The notes under the pieces were generated by a model. It saw only the letters and a list, made by a program, of their open reading frames with translations, had not been told where the DNA came from and ran no database searches. The position numbers and the translations under genes are program-made. This document shows positions 19,046 through 27,815 of a stretch of 64,000 nt of DNA, in pieces. The stretch lies in assembly GCA_963771075.1 (NCBI GenBank), contig CAVYSE010000003.1:375863-439862 (forward strand). Direction: 5' to 3'. How positions within the stretch are numbered: the first letter of the stretch is position 1; every line of letters starts with the position of its first letter. The stretch is from a candidate division FCPU426 bacterium (lineage in GTDB: Bacteria; Oederibacteriota; Muellerivitia; Muellerivitales; Muellerivitaceae).

Positions 19046-20265
19046 AACTGGACCCCCGCATCCACGCTAAAGACGTAGGTGTTGTAACCGGGCGAGAGGA
19101 GAGGTATTTCAAGCCCGTCCGTCTCGTTCCCGCCCCCAACCGGCATGGGTAACGGCGTATTGATGTTGTTTTGGTTCAACCGCGCGAAGGTGAAATCACC
19201 CATGGAATCGGTGATGTTGAAGTCGATGAAAATGGAGCGGATTCGAATCCGGGCCTTCCCATACAAAGCGTTCTGGGGCACCCCCCCGGTCGGCGGGTTA
19301 ATTCCATTCCCACCCGTAAAGGGATTATTGGGATTGCTGGCAATCGGAACTTGCATTTCCAGGATGATCCGGTCCAGGGACAGGAAATCAAACGTGAATA
19401 GGTGCTCGGCCCTTGCCCCAAAGGTGAAGGCGTTCGTGTCGCCGGAATGCGCGGAATCCTGAACGCCGTACTCGAAGTAAAGGGTGTAATCCCTTGAGAA
19501 ATTGGCTTCCCCGCAAATGGAATAGGCCGGGTTACCGCTTACCGAGGAATACTGGAAATCATCCGACGCGCTGCCCCCCAAATTGAAAAGTAGGACCGTC
19601 CGGAGATCCCCAAAATTGAGCTTCATTCGGGCCTGCCCCATGAAATACCCCTGGGAACCGTCCAGGACGGCGTCCTGGGCCGAAAGAAGCGTAGGAAAAT
19701 AGAAGAAACTCAATGAAGTCGGCGGGCTGGAAACGCTCTTGTAATCCTCCACCCCAAAGAAAAACTTGAATGGGATATAAACTTTGATCCCATCCAGCCG
19801 CCGTAATCCCATCAGGGGATATCTGCCGAAAAAATGGGTCGTACTGGCGATGTCGGACAAATCCATCCGGCCAACCCTTACCTCTATCCACGGTTCCGAG
19901 AGGGAGAAATTCGCTTCCCTGAGTTGGATTTCCCCAACATCATCCGAGCTTGAAAAATCCTTCATGAAACGGACCGTCCCAAGGGCCGAAACGTCGTTCT
20001 CGTCGAGCTTCCGGACGGCGGACAGGTCAAATAAGGAATATCCCGAAGTCCCCATAGCATCACTTGAGTAATGGGCCGCGACGGTCGCGTTAAGGGCCTT
20101 GGAGTCGTTGTCCACATGTGGAGGGGGCACCCAAACCGGCTTGGGTGCCGGAGTGGGCGTAGAACTCGGGTTTGGGGTGGGAGTTTCGGTCGGTGCTTTC
20201 TTGGCGAACGCGCTACCAGAAAAAGCGAATATCAAAACCACTAAAACCAACGCTTCAGTTTTCAT
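19042..20265 (-). CDS. Putative outer-membrane beta-barrel protein
   Basis: Signal peptide, PT-rich linker, alternating beta-strand pattern and C-terminal Phe (DAGVQF). Likely ATG 20265. Confidence 0.55.
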   Translation of the reverse strand: MKTEALVLVVLIFAFSGSAFAKKAPTETPTPNPSSTPTPAPKPVWVPPPHVDNDSKALNATVAAHYSSDAMGTSGYSLFDLSAVRKLDENDVSALGTVRFMKDFSSSDDVGEIQLREANFSLSEPWIEVRVGRMDLSDIASTTHFFGRYPLMGLRRLDGIKVYIPFKFFFGVEDYKSVSSPPTSLSFFYFPTLLSAQDAVLDGSQGYFMGQARMKLNFGDLRTVLLFNLGGSASDDFQYSSVSGNPAYSICGEANFSRDYTLYFEYGVQDSAHSGDTNAFTFGARAEHLFTFDFLSLDRIILEMQVPIASNPNNPFTGGNGINPPTGGVPQNALYGKARIRIRSIFIDFNITDSMGDFTFARLNQNNINTPLPMPVGGGNETDGLEIPLLSPGYNTYVFSVDAGVQF

Positions 20266-20359
20266 ACCGACCTCCAAATAATTCTTAAAGGAGGTCGGCA
20301 TAGTCCCGATTACCTTTAAGCTTTTAAAAACGGATAATCGGGGCATGCCTTTATCTCCC

Positions 20360-21130
20360 TTATGGAATGGTGTAGGTGACCAGCAGCCTCGGCTTCTGCT
20401 GGCTATTTCCGGTGTTGTCCCAAAAGGTGATAAATCCTGATAGCGTTCCGGTTGTTTCGGGTTCAGGCGAAATTAATATTCCATAGTTGTTGTTGCTCTT
20501 ATTCGCCCAAACCTGGGCCAATGTAGGCGTGATGTTCCATGCTAAAAGGACTTGGTTTGAATTTACTTGGGCAGGGGTCACCGTCACCGCGTCCATAGGG
20601 GTGCTCGCGTAATCCGTCCCGACCGTGATAGGGGAGCTGGTCCCTCCGTCCCAGCCGTAGGGAGAAACCACTACGTTCCAGGTGCTTGAGTCGTTCCAGG
20701 TGATTTGTCCGGCGGGGGGTGGAATAACTTGGTGGACACCAAAAACATCGCTAACCCCGGATAGAATCGTTCCCGTTTCGGTCGTCAATTGAAGGCTTGC
20801 CGCCATGATGTTGGCGTTCACCGGCAAGCCATAGGAAAGGTCAAAGCGGATGAGTCCAAGCGAGGGTTGGAAAGTTCCGTTCCCGTACCCGACTTGGATT
20901 TCCCCCGTCGCGGGTGCGCTGTTTGGGTTGTTTCCGTCAATCCAATGGGAGTCGCAACCCGCGTACCCCGCGTCCGGGTAAACCCCATTCTCAAACTCAA
21001 CCGTGTAGGCCGTGGACCCTGGTCCTGTGGCTCCTTGGGGGCCTGTCGGCCCGGAAGGCCCTTTGTCACAACCTGCCAACAAACTAACCAGCGCAAGAAA
21101 CAGATATTTTTTCATGGGTCTATCCTTCAA
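20360..21130 (-). CDS. Lipoprotein with short collagen-like repeat and DNRLRE/CBM96-like domain
   Basis: LLAGC lipobox, GPSGPTGPQGATGPG, LIRFDLS, NNYGILI and KPRLLVTY. Confidence 0.7.
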   Translation of the reverse strand: MKDRPMKKYLFLALVSLLAGCDKGPSGPTGPQGATGPGSTAYTVEFENGVYPDAGYAGCDSHWIDGNNPNSAPATGEIQVGYGNGTFQPSLGLIRFDLSYGLPVNANIMAASLQLTTETGTILSGVSDVFGVHQVIPPPAGQITWNDSSTWNVVVSPYGWDGGTSSPITVGTDYASTPMDAVTVTPAQVNSNQVLLAWNITPTLAQVWANKSNNNYGILISPEPETTGTLSGFITFWDNTGNSQQKPRLLVTYTIP

Positions 21131-22206
21131 TAGGAATAATTAAAAGCCGTGGCGTTCCCGCCGCTGACGGGGACGGCGACTGAACCCGATTGCCCCTCGA
21201 AGGAAACATATAAAGTCGGTGAATATTGGGTGGTGTTCATGGTGAACCCGTAATTGCCGGGTCCAAGGATGAATTTCGGACCGCCGCAATCTTGAGTAGC
21301 GACCGACTGGCCGTTCATGGAAACGTTGGTAAGACAACAATTGCCGCTCGTAAACCAAACCTGGAAGGATGAGCAGGCATCCGTGGCGCTGATATATAGC
21401 TCTCCACTCCACTCAAAAGAATAATTGCTCCCGCAAGTCCCAATTCCCAAAAGGGTGTTAGTCACAGTTACTTTGGCGTTTGAGCTGAAATTTTTAACGA
21501 TTGTTTGCGGGGCGCTGAATGCCCTGGGGTAAGGCGTGGGCTCAAAATCGAGGGCTGTAACGGCGAAGCTGGGTTGCTGGTCAACGCAATTATTGGCTAT
21601 GACCGTGACCGTACCGGTGTCGGCATTCCCGAAACCAATTGTTGTCGGGCCAAAAGCACCGCTCCAATTGTTTGGAAATGGTGAAAAAGCAATTTTGGCG
21701 GGGATGAAAAGGTTTCCTGGCTGGCTATAAATCAGGTTGAAGGTATAAGGCGCACCAGGGTTCGTTGAAGTGAAGGATTCCGGGACGGTCGGGGTCAAAT
21801 AAAGCGTTGCCCCCGCTGAATTGAAGTTGGCCGTTTCATTGACGACTGATACCGGCATGGTGATCGTGCTCGGTGCGAAGGGGAAGGGTGTTTGAGCCGG
21901 GACCACAAAAGTCCAATTGCCCACTTCCAGGTATGGCGGGTTGAATATGGCTATCCCACTGGCCGTGGTCGATTGACTGAAGACCGTTACCCCGGAAGGC
22001 GGTATAGCCTTGACCATCAGGTTAGGTACGGCGATCCCCTTATCCTCAACAAAGACGTTTACAGCACCATAAATGCGGACGGGAGTTGGAGTAAAAGCAA
22101 TATCGTAAGGTGTGGAGGGACCGTTGTTTTTACAACCCGTTGAACAAACAACAGCAGAAAACGCGACCAACAATATTCTCAAAATGATAACGGATTTTTT
22201 TTCCAT
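21127..22206 (-). CDS. Surface lipoprotein, beta-rich (Ig/prealbumin-like folds)
   Basis: Lipobox-like STGC; Thr/Ser/Pro-rich beta sequence; GGAGG RBS before ATG 22206. Confidence 0.6.
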   Translation of the reverse strand: MEKKSVIILRILLVAFSAVVCSTGCKNNGPSTPYDIAFTPTPVRIYGAVNVFVEDKGIAVPNLMVKAIPPSGVTVFSQSTTASGIAIFNPPYLEVGNWTFVVPAQTPFPFAPSTITMPVSVVNETANFNSAGATLYLTPTVPESFTSTNPGAPYTFNLIYSQPGNLFIPAKIAFSPFPNNWSGAFGPTTIGFGNADTGTVTVIANNCVDQQPSFAVTALDFEPTPYPRAFSAPQTIVKNFSSNAKVTVTNTLLGIGTCGSNYSFEWSGELYISATDACSSFQVWFTSGNCCLTNVSMNGQSVATQDCGGPKFILGPGNYGFTMNTTQYSPTLYVSFEGQSGSVAVPVSGGNATAFNYSY

Positions 22207-22304
22207 AAAACCCTCCATAAACGCCACAGATAAACATCCTTTAACCAAATTGCTTTTGCCTTTGTGTCAAGGATGAGATTTTTAACTATTTATAAAAAGT
22301 TGAC

Positions 22305-22339
22305 CAGGACATCAAAGTCCACCGGACTTTGATGTCCTG
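22305..22339. promoter_or_regulatory. Perfect 16-bp inverted repeat, probable operator between divergent genes
   Basis: CAGGACATCAAAGTCC-acc-GGACTTTGATGTCCTG. Confidence 0.6.
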
Positions 22340-22372
22340 TTGTCACTTTTAGTTTTGAACTACCATTTCCAA

Positions 22373-22705
22373 ATGCCTTATTCAGACCCTTCCGAAATAT
22401 CGTTCCTAATGGAAATCCAACATATCATCGCCATTAAAAGGGCCGAAAAAGGTTTCGGCCAAGAGTATCTTGCCGAGAAAGTGGATGCGTGCGACCGGGA
22501 AGTCCGGCGATGGGAACATAAAACGAAAGCGATTCAAATCAAGATTTTGTATTTGTACAGGCTCGCGAAAATTTTCGACTGTTCAATCCATGATCTTTTG
22601 CCGTATGACCCTGTTTATGGCGGCAACGGGCATAAAACCGTTAGCAGCCGTGAAAAAGCCGGATCTAAATTAGACCCGTCGGATACTTGGAGCCATGTTG
22701 ATTGA
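22373..22705 (+). CDS. XRE-family HTH transcriptional regulator
   Basis: KRAEKGFGQEYLAEKVDACDREVRRWE..LYRLAKIFDCSIHDLL. Start uncertain. Confidence 0.8.
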   Translation: MPYSDPSEISFLMEIQHIIAIKRAEKGFGQEYLAEKVDACDREVRRWEHKTKAIQIKILYLYRLAKIFDCSIHDLLPYDPVYGGNGHKTVSSREKAGSKLDPSDTWSHVD

Positions 22706-22907
22706 AGAAAAGGACAAGAAACGCGTATTAAAGGATTTAGTAGAGCGTTTTAAGAAATTATTGCCTGATGAGAATGTTGAGGGGGACCCCTTTTGGGGGT
22801 TGATGGAAATTCGCGGAGGAAAATTAACGGGTAACTATTATGTTATTCAGTCAGATCTACCGCACCCAAACATGGCGCTCCCTTTGTTTTTTAGAGAAAC
22901 TGAGTAA
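22695..22907 (+). CDS. Hypothetical protein truncated by IS66
   Basis: Its stop TAA (22905-22907) lies within the IS66 terminus GTAAG. Confidence 0.45.
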   Translation: MLIEEKDKKRVLKDLVERFKKLLPDENVEGDPFWGLMEIRGGKLTGNYYVIQSDLPHPNMALPLFFRETE

Positions 22908-22928
22908 GCGTCCTGTCAGGCCATATGT

Positions 22929-24656
22929 TTAGTGAGGGGCAAGCATGGTAGGCGTTTTTTCGGTGGAATCTGGTCGGGCAGTCTGGAAGACCGGCGTTTC
23001 CGGGACGGGGCCGAGGACGTAGGTGGCGGGCAACAGTTCTCGGATACGGCTCATGGGGTGGGTTTTCACCCGGCTGATAATGTCGCGAAGATAAAAGTAA
23101 GGATCAATTTTGTGGCGCTTGCAGGAAGCCACCAGGCTGTAGAGGATGGCCGCCCACCCGCCGCCCGCAACGCTCCCCGCGAACAGCCAGTTCTTGCGGC
23201 CCACCGTCACACACCGAAGTGCCCTCTCCGCCGCGTTGTTGTCGATGTTCAAATCGCCGTCTTCTACATACCGGTTCAAGGCGTCCCATTGGTTAAACAC
23301 ATAAGTCAAGGCCTCACCGAAGGGGCTCTTGGGTAAGGTCACGAGCGCCTGGGTGTCCAACCACTCTTTGAAGGCCTCCAAGATCGGTTTGGATTTCTCG
23401 GCCCTCAAGGCCTGCCACCCGGCGGTATCCAGCGTCTTTTCGTCCGCCTCCCACTCCACCTCGTAGAGTTTTCGAATGAAAGCCATGGCCATCTTGGAGC
23501 GGCTCTTGTCCGACACCTTGGCTTCGTTGAATTTCCTTCGGGCGTGCGCCCAACAAGCCACTTCCACCGCCTTTTCGGGCTTGAACATGCAGTCATACCC
23601 CGTGTAGGCATCCGCCTGGAGATACCCCTTCCAATCGCCCAGGAAAGCCTTCGGGTGCTCCGCCCGCCTATTTTCCGTGAACTCATAGACAATGTTCGCG
23701 TGGGTCTCGTCGCCCACGTAGGTCCACAGGCGGCCTGTCTTCGCCTTACTATGTTTATCTTCCTCTTCGTCCCTTTGCCCCACCGATCCCGGGGGCTCTG
23801 AGGCTCCCGGCGGGGCGCCGTCGTCCAGGTATGGCACCGGCGTATCGTCCGTGTGGATCACCTTGGATTCCAGCACGTCCTGTTTCATGGCCTCGTACAA
23901 GGGTTCCAACAATCCCGCCACTGCTCCCACCCAGCCACACAAGGTGGAACGGCTTATTTCCAGGCCCCCTCTTTCAAATATTTCCGCTTGGCGGTAAAGC
24001 GGCAGGTGATCTGCGTATTTCGCCGTTACCACCTGGGCCAGCAACCCAGGACCCGCGATGCAACGCTCGATGGGCCTCACCGGCGCCTCACTGGTCACCG
24101 GGGCATTCTTACAGCAGGAACAGGCCCATTTTTCCAGGACATCCTGGCGGATATAGGTGACCGCCGGGATGTGTTCCAGGGTGTTTCGCACGTCCTCGCC
24201 CATCTTCGTCAGGGGTTTTTGGCATTCCAGGCAGGTCTTCTTGTCCTCGCTCAGGGGGTGTTCCACCCGCAAGATGGGCAGGTTCTCGGGCGGCTTGTTT
24301 CGCCCATGGCCCTTCTTCCTCGTGTAGGTCAGCGTTTCGGTTTCTTCTTGGGGCTTTTGGGCTGCGGTCATCTGCCCCAACCGTTCTTCGATCTCTTTGA
24401 GAAAAATCGACAGTTGGGCATCGTTGAATTGTTCGGACTTGCGACCGTACCGACTTTTTGCGGCCAAGTAGAGTTGGTGCCGCAGGCGTTCAATGGTTTC
24501 ACCCTGATCCTTCAAGGTTTCGAAAAGACTTAGGACGAGGGATTTTAGGGAAGCGGAATCATCAGGAAGGGTTTTTAAATCGGGAAGAGTAAGAGGAGAG
24601 GTTGGCATCGCTCTTTGAGACGCACCAACCTCTCCCGAAGTTTCAAACAACTTCAA
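22929..24656 (-). CDS. tnpC: IS66 transposase TnpC
   Basis: KYADHLPLYRQ, HTDDTP, LQADAY, CWAHARRKF and IDNNAAERALR. Confidence 0.95.
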   Translation of the reverse strand: MKLFETSGEVGASQRAMPTSPLTLPDLKTLPDDSASLKSLVLSLFETLKDQGETIERLRHQLYLAAKSRYGRKSEQFNDAQLSIFLKEIEERLGQMTAAQKPQEETETLTYTRKKGHGRNKPPENLPILRVEHPLSEDKKTCLECQKPLTKMGEDVRNTLEHIPAVTYIRQDVLEKWACSCCKNAPVTSEAPVRPIERCIAGPGLLAQVVTAKYADHLPLYRQAEIFERGGLEISRSTLCGWVGAVAGLLEPLYEAMKQDVLESKVIHTDDTPVPYLDDGAPPGASEPPGSVGQRDEEEDKHSKAKTGRLWTYVGDETHANIVYEFTENRRAEHPKAFLGDWKGYLQADAYTGYDCMFKPEKAVEVACWAHARRKFNEAKVSDKSRSKMAMAFIRKLYEVEWEADEKTLDTAGWQALRAEKSKPILEAFKEWLDTQALVTLPKSPFGEALTYVFNQWDALNRYVEDGDLNIDNNAAERALRCVTVGRKNWLFAGSVAGGGWAAILYSLVASCKRHKIDPYFYLRDIISRVKTHPMSRIRELLPATYVLGPVPETPVFQTARPDSTEKTPTMLAPH

Positions 24657-24666
24657 AAATTCTTCA

Positions 24667-25041
24667 TCACGCCATCACCGGTTGGGGTTTGTGCGACAGG
24701 CCCAGGCTAAACCGTTTGCGCCTCTGTACTCTCGCCAGGCTGATTCCCTCGATGAGCATCGAAAGCTCCGCCTGGCTCATCTCCACGCACGTTCCTTCAC
24801 CTTGGCGCATCTCGAAGGTCCCGGCTTCCAGGCGCTTGTACCACAGGCACAACCCATCCCCGCCCCAGTACAACACCTTCAGCCGGTCCCCCCGCCGGTT
24901 GCGGAACACGAACAGGTGCCCACTCAAAGGGTCTTGCCTCATCACCTCACCGGCCAGGGCCGACAGGCCGTCAAACCCCTTGCGCATGTCCGCCGCTCTC
25001 GTACACACAAATACTCGGATGCCCGCCGAGAGGGTCAGCAC
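24667..25041 (-). CDS. tnpB: IS66 accessory protein TnpB
   Basis: DMRKGFDGL..HLFVFRNRRGDRLKVLYW..KRLE. Confidence 0.95.
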   Translation of the reverse strand: MLTLSAGIRVFVCTRAADMRKGFDGLSALAGEVMRQDPLSGHLFVFRNRRGDRLKVLYWGGDGLCLWYKRLEAGTFEMRQGEGTCVEMSQAELSMLIEGISLARVQRRKRFSLGLSHKPQPVMA

Positions 25042-25370
25042 GCCTTTTCCTCCAGGGCTCGGACCAATTCAGCCAACGCCGGGGCGGGCATTTCCCGGTA
25101 CAGCCTCAAAACCCGGCCGTTCAAAAGGGTCAATTCCACAACCGGATGGGTTTCGCCACCCGCAGTCACTACTGAAACGGGCAGGAAGGCCTGGCGACCC
25201 CGAACCACAGGGCTCTGGGGACCGGCCAACCGTCTTTTCCAGGCGTAAAAGCTTGGCGGGCTGATCCGACTTTTACGGCAATAGGCCGATCCGCTCAGGC
25301 CACTACGCTTCCAGGCCCGCAAAACCTCCTCCCACCGCTTTTTATTCCGGAATTTGCTCTGCTTCGCCAT
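25035..25370 (-). CDS. tnpA: IS66 accessory protein TnpA
   Basis: WKRSGLSGSAYCRKSRISPPSFYAWKRRL HTH. Confidence 0.9.
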   Translation of the reverse strand: MAKQSKFRNKKRWEEVLRAWKRSGLSGSAYCRKSRISPPSFYAWKRRLAGPQSPVVRGRQAFLPVSVVTAGGETHPVVELTLLNGRVLRLYREMPAPALAELVRALEEKAC

Positions 25371-25381
25371 GGTTTTCCTCC

Positions 25382-26527
25382 CTAGACAAGATTGGTCTCC
25401 ATGGTGGTTTCTACGGGAGGGTGGCAGGATTGGCTAGATGGTGCAACAAGACGCTTACCCTTCAACGCAGGATGAACAATTTTCCCCTGTTCCAGGTTAA
25501 GCGCATGTTGCAAAACCGGGTCGGCTTCCAAAGCCTTCGGATAGCCCTTATTGGCGATCTTCAAGACATAGGGCAGGGTCGAGTTGGTGAGAGCGTAGGT
25601 AGATGTCATGCCCACGGCGCCAGGGATATTGGTTACGCAATAATGAACTACCCCGTGCTTCTTATAAACCGGAGCGCTGTGGGTAGTGGGGTGGGATGTT
25701 TCCACGCATCCGCCTTGGTCGATGGCCACATCCACAATGACCGAACCAGGTTTCATGGCTTTCACCATGGCTTCGGTGACCAGCCGGGGGGCCTTGGCAC
25801 CTTCCACATATACCGCCCCGATCAACAGGTCCGCATCCGCCACTTCTTCCCTTATGACCCTCCGGTTGGAAACCAGGGTGATCACGTTTTTAGGGAGTAT
25901 TTCTTCCAAATGCCGTAAACGGCTGGGGTTGATATCCAGCACCGAAACCCGGGCGCCGATACCCGCCGCCACCTTGGCCGCGTTGGTGCCCACTGCCCCG
26001 CCCCCTAAAACCACCACCTTGGCGGGCTGAACCCCGGCCACCCCGCCTAAAAGGATGCCCTTACCGCCCATGGACCTTTCCAGGTATTTGGCTCCTTCTT
26101 GGATGGCCATCTTGCCCGCCACTTCGCTCATGGGGGTTAGGAGGGGGTGTTCCCCATCGGGCAAGCAGAGGGTTTCATAGGCCAGGGCGATAATGCCCGA
26201 TTTGATCAGGGCGTGGGTGAGAGCCGGTGCGGCAGCCAGGTGGAAATAGCAGAAAACCAACTGCCCTTTGCGGAGGTATCGGATTTCGGAGGGCTGGGGT
26301 TCCTTAACCTTTAGGATCATCTGGGCCTGGCGGAAAAGGCTGGCCCTTTGGGGAACGATTTGGGCACCCGAATCCCGAAATTCCTTGTCCGAAAGGCCGC
26401 TTCCGGCCCCGGCGCCCTTTTCGATGAGGACCTTGTGCCCGGCCAAGGTTAGTTCCTCCACCCCGGCGGGGACGACCCCTACCCGAAACTCGTTGTCTTT
26501 GATTTCCTTCGGAACCCCGATGATCAT
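25382..26527 (-). CDS. ald: Alanine dehydrogenase, extreme C-terminus replaced by IS66 sequence
   Basis: MIIGVPKEIKDNEFRV, LLTPMSEVAG, GGGAVG and DVAIDQGGCVET. Codons after ..HPALK read into the IS66 end. Confidence 0.95.
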   Translation of the reverse strand: MIIGVPKEIKDNEFRVGVVPAGVEELTLAGHKVLIEKGAGAGSGLSDKEFRDSGAQIVPQRASLFRQAQMILKVKEPQPSEIRYLRKGQLVFCYFHLAAAPALTHALIKSGIIALAYETLCLPDGEHPLLTPMSEVAGKMAIQEGAKYLERSMGGKGILLGGVAGVQPAKVVVLGGGAVGTNAAKVAAGIGARVSVLDINPSRLRHLEEILPKNVITLVSNRRVIREEVADADLLIGAVYVEGAKAPRLVTEAMVKAMKPGSVIVDVAIDQGGCVETSHPTTHSAPVYKKHGVVHYCVTNIPGAVGMTSTYALTNSTLPYVLKIANKGYPKALEADPVLQHALNLEQGKIVHPALKGKRLVAPSSQSCHPPVETTMETNLV

Positions 26528-26647
26528 TAACGGCCCCCTACCGGCTCATGTTTGGCTATTTGATTGTAATCTTTATTCGCGACTCTGCGAAATATAGCCT
26601 GATGGACCCTCCCCCAAAACGGTAAATTTGAGAGACACCTAAACAAT

Positions 26648-26971
26648 CGGTACAAATCGATTTATACCGGTATTTATCCGGTATTTTCATGGTATTAGCC
26701 CGGTATGAATGGCGGTATTTACGGTATAAGCCCGGTATTTGCTAGGTATTAATGGTAGTATGAATGGTATTAGCAGCGGTACAAATGGTATTTGTCCGGT
26801 ATGAACCCGGTATAAATGCGGTATGAGTCGGTATTAGTGGTTGTATAAACGGTATTAGCCCCGGTATGAACGGTATGAGCTCGGTATTAATGGCGGTACA
26901 AATGGTATTAGCGACGGTATAAATGGTATTTGTACGGTATGAATGGTTGTACGGACCAGTTGATTCGGTAC
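26648..26971 (+). repeat. Non-coding array of about 27 co-oriented (C/T)GGTA(T/C) motifs at 9-12 bp spacing
   Basis: Counted directly, e.g. at 26668, 26679, 26690, 26701, 26713, 26722, 26733 ... 26935. Confidence 0.9.
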
Positions 26972-27014
26972 ACGGGATGTATACGGCCAGTTTGGCCCTG
27001 TATACACCCTCGGA

Positions 27015-27707
27015 TTAGCTTCTGTGGTGGCGCCCACCGTGTTTACCGCCAGGTGTCGGGCTGGGGCTAGGCTTGGCAACCGGCTGGGTAACCACTTCCT
27101 CGGTGCCGGTTTTCATCAAATCATCTCCCATAAACCCATTAGCATCGCAAACGTGATAGTGCCCATCTTCTAAATAGACTTGGACCGTCGGGGTCTTACC
27201 TGAACCCTGCCACCACCAATAACCCCGGTTGAAATAAAGCCACCGCTCGGCAGTGGGGTCATGCCACCAAAAACGACCCTCCCGCCAGAGCACCCAATGA
27301 AAGGTGTCACCCATGCGCCAGCCATACCAATTCCGGTCCCCATCACGGTAATGGCAGTAGTTCCACGCATTGTAGGGATGCCAATAATACTTTCCCGAAT
27401 GGCTGTCTTTCTGATCGATCTTGGGAACTTGCTGAACGGCGGCGGGTTCGCCCAGATTGCGCATAGACGGGCCAAGGGGCGCTGACTCTTCGTCATTGAC
27501 CAGCTTCAGGGAGGTGCCATCGTTGTATTTCTTGGGGGGCTTGGGCAACCGAAAATGCGTGTTATCAGCAATCTTGTCTTGAGTCGATAGAACCAGGGGT
27601 TTGGGTAACGATGGCGTAGCTTCCACCCCAGGTAGTTGGTCGGAAGCGAAAACAATAGTTCCTATTCCCAAAAACAACATCCCCATCAATATTCGCCACA
27701 CGTACAT
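27015..27707 (-). CDS. Secreted Trp/Tyr-rich hypothetical protein
   Basis: Signal peptide; WYGW/FWWHD/YWWW aromatic beta repeats. Confidence 0.65.
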   Translation of the reverse strand: MYVWRILMGMLFLGIGTIVFASDQLPGVEATPSLPKPLVLSTQDKIADNTHFRLPKPPKKYNDGTSLKLVNDEESAPLGPSMRNLGEPAAVQQVPKIDQKDSHSGKYYWHPYNAWNYCHYRDGDRNWYGWRMGDTFHWVLWREGRFWWHDPTAERWLYFNRGYWWWQGSGKTPTVQVYLEDGHYHVCDANGFMGDDLMKTGTEEVVTQPVAKPSPSPTPGGKHGGRHHRS

Positions 27708-27815
27708 ATTTTGCCTTTATTCGGATTGTCATCTAGACGTCCTGCAACAAGGAAAGGGTTGGGCCAAAGGGCCAAAACAAGACCCGTAAAAGGAGTATGG
27801 CACGTCTAGACACCC

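Larger units (their letters stand above)
7252..22903 (-). mobile_element. Integrative element (ICE-like) at tRNA-Asp, truncated on the right by IS66
   Basis: att remnant, tyrosine integrase, excisionase-like HTH, VirB4/B6/B8-like genes and a divergent XRE regulator. No second att site seen in the window. Confidence 0.75.
22904..25458 (-). mobile_element. IS66-family insertion sequence, copy 1 (2555 bp)
   Basis: Ends GTAAGCGTC...GACGCTTAC; tnpA-tnpB-tnpC; near-identical to 48326..50880. Confidence 0.95.

Noticed and set aside
24667..25041. TnpB as an RNA-guided nuclease or Cas12 ancestor serving the array
   Set aside because: This is the 124-aa IS66 accessory TnpB, unrelated to IS200/IS605 TnpB; it has no RuvC motifs.
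26648..26971. CRISPR array or oriC
   Set aside because: The conserved unit is only 4-6 bp with 3-6 bp linkers. No DnaA boxes (TTATCCACA) or dnaA gene are seen.
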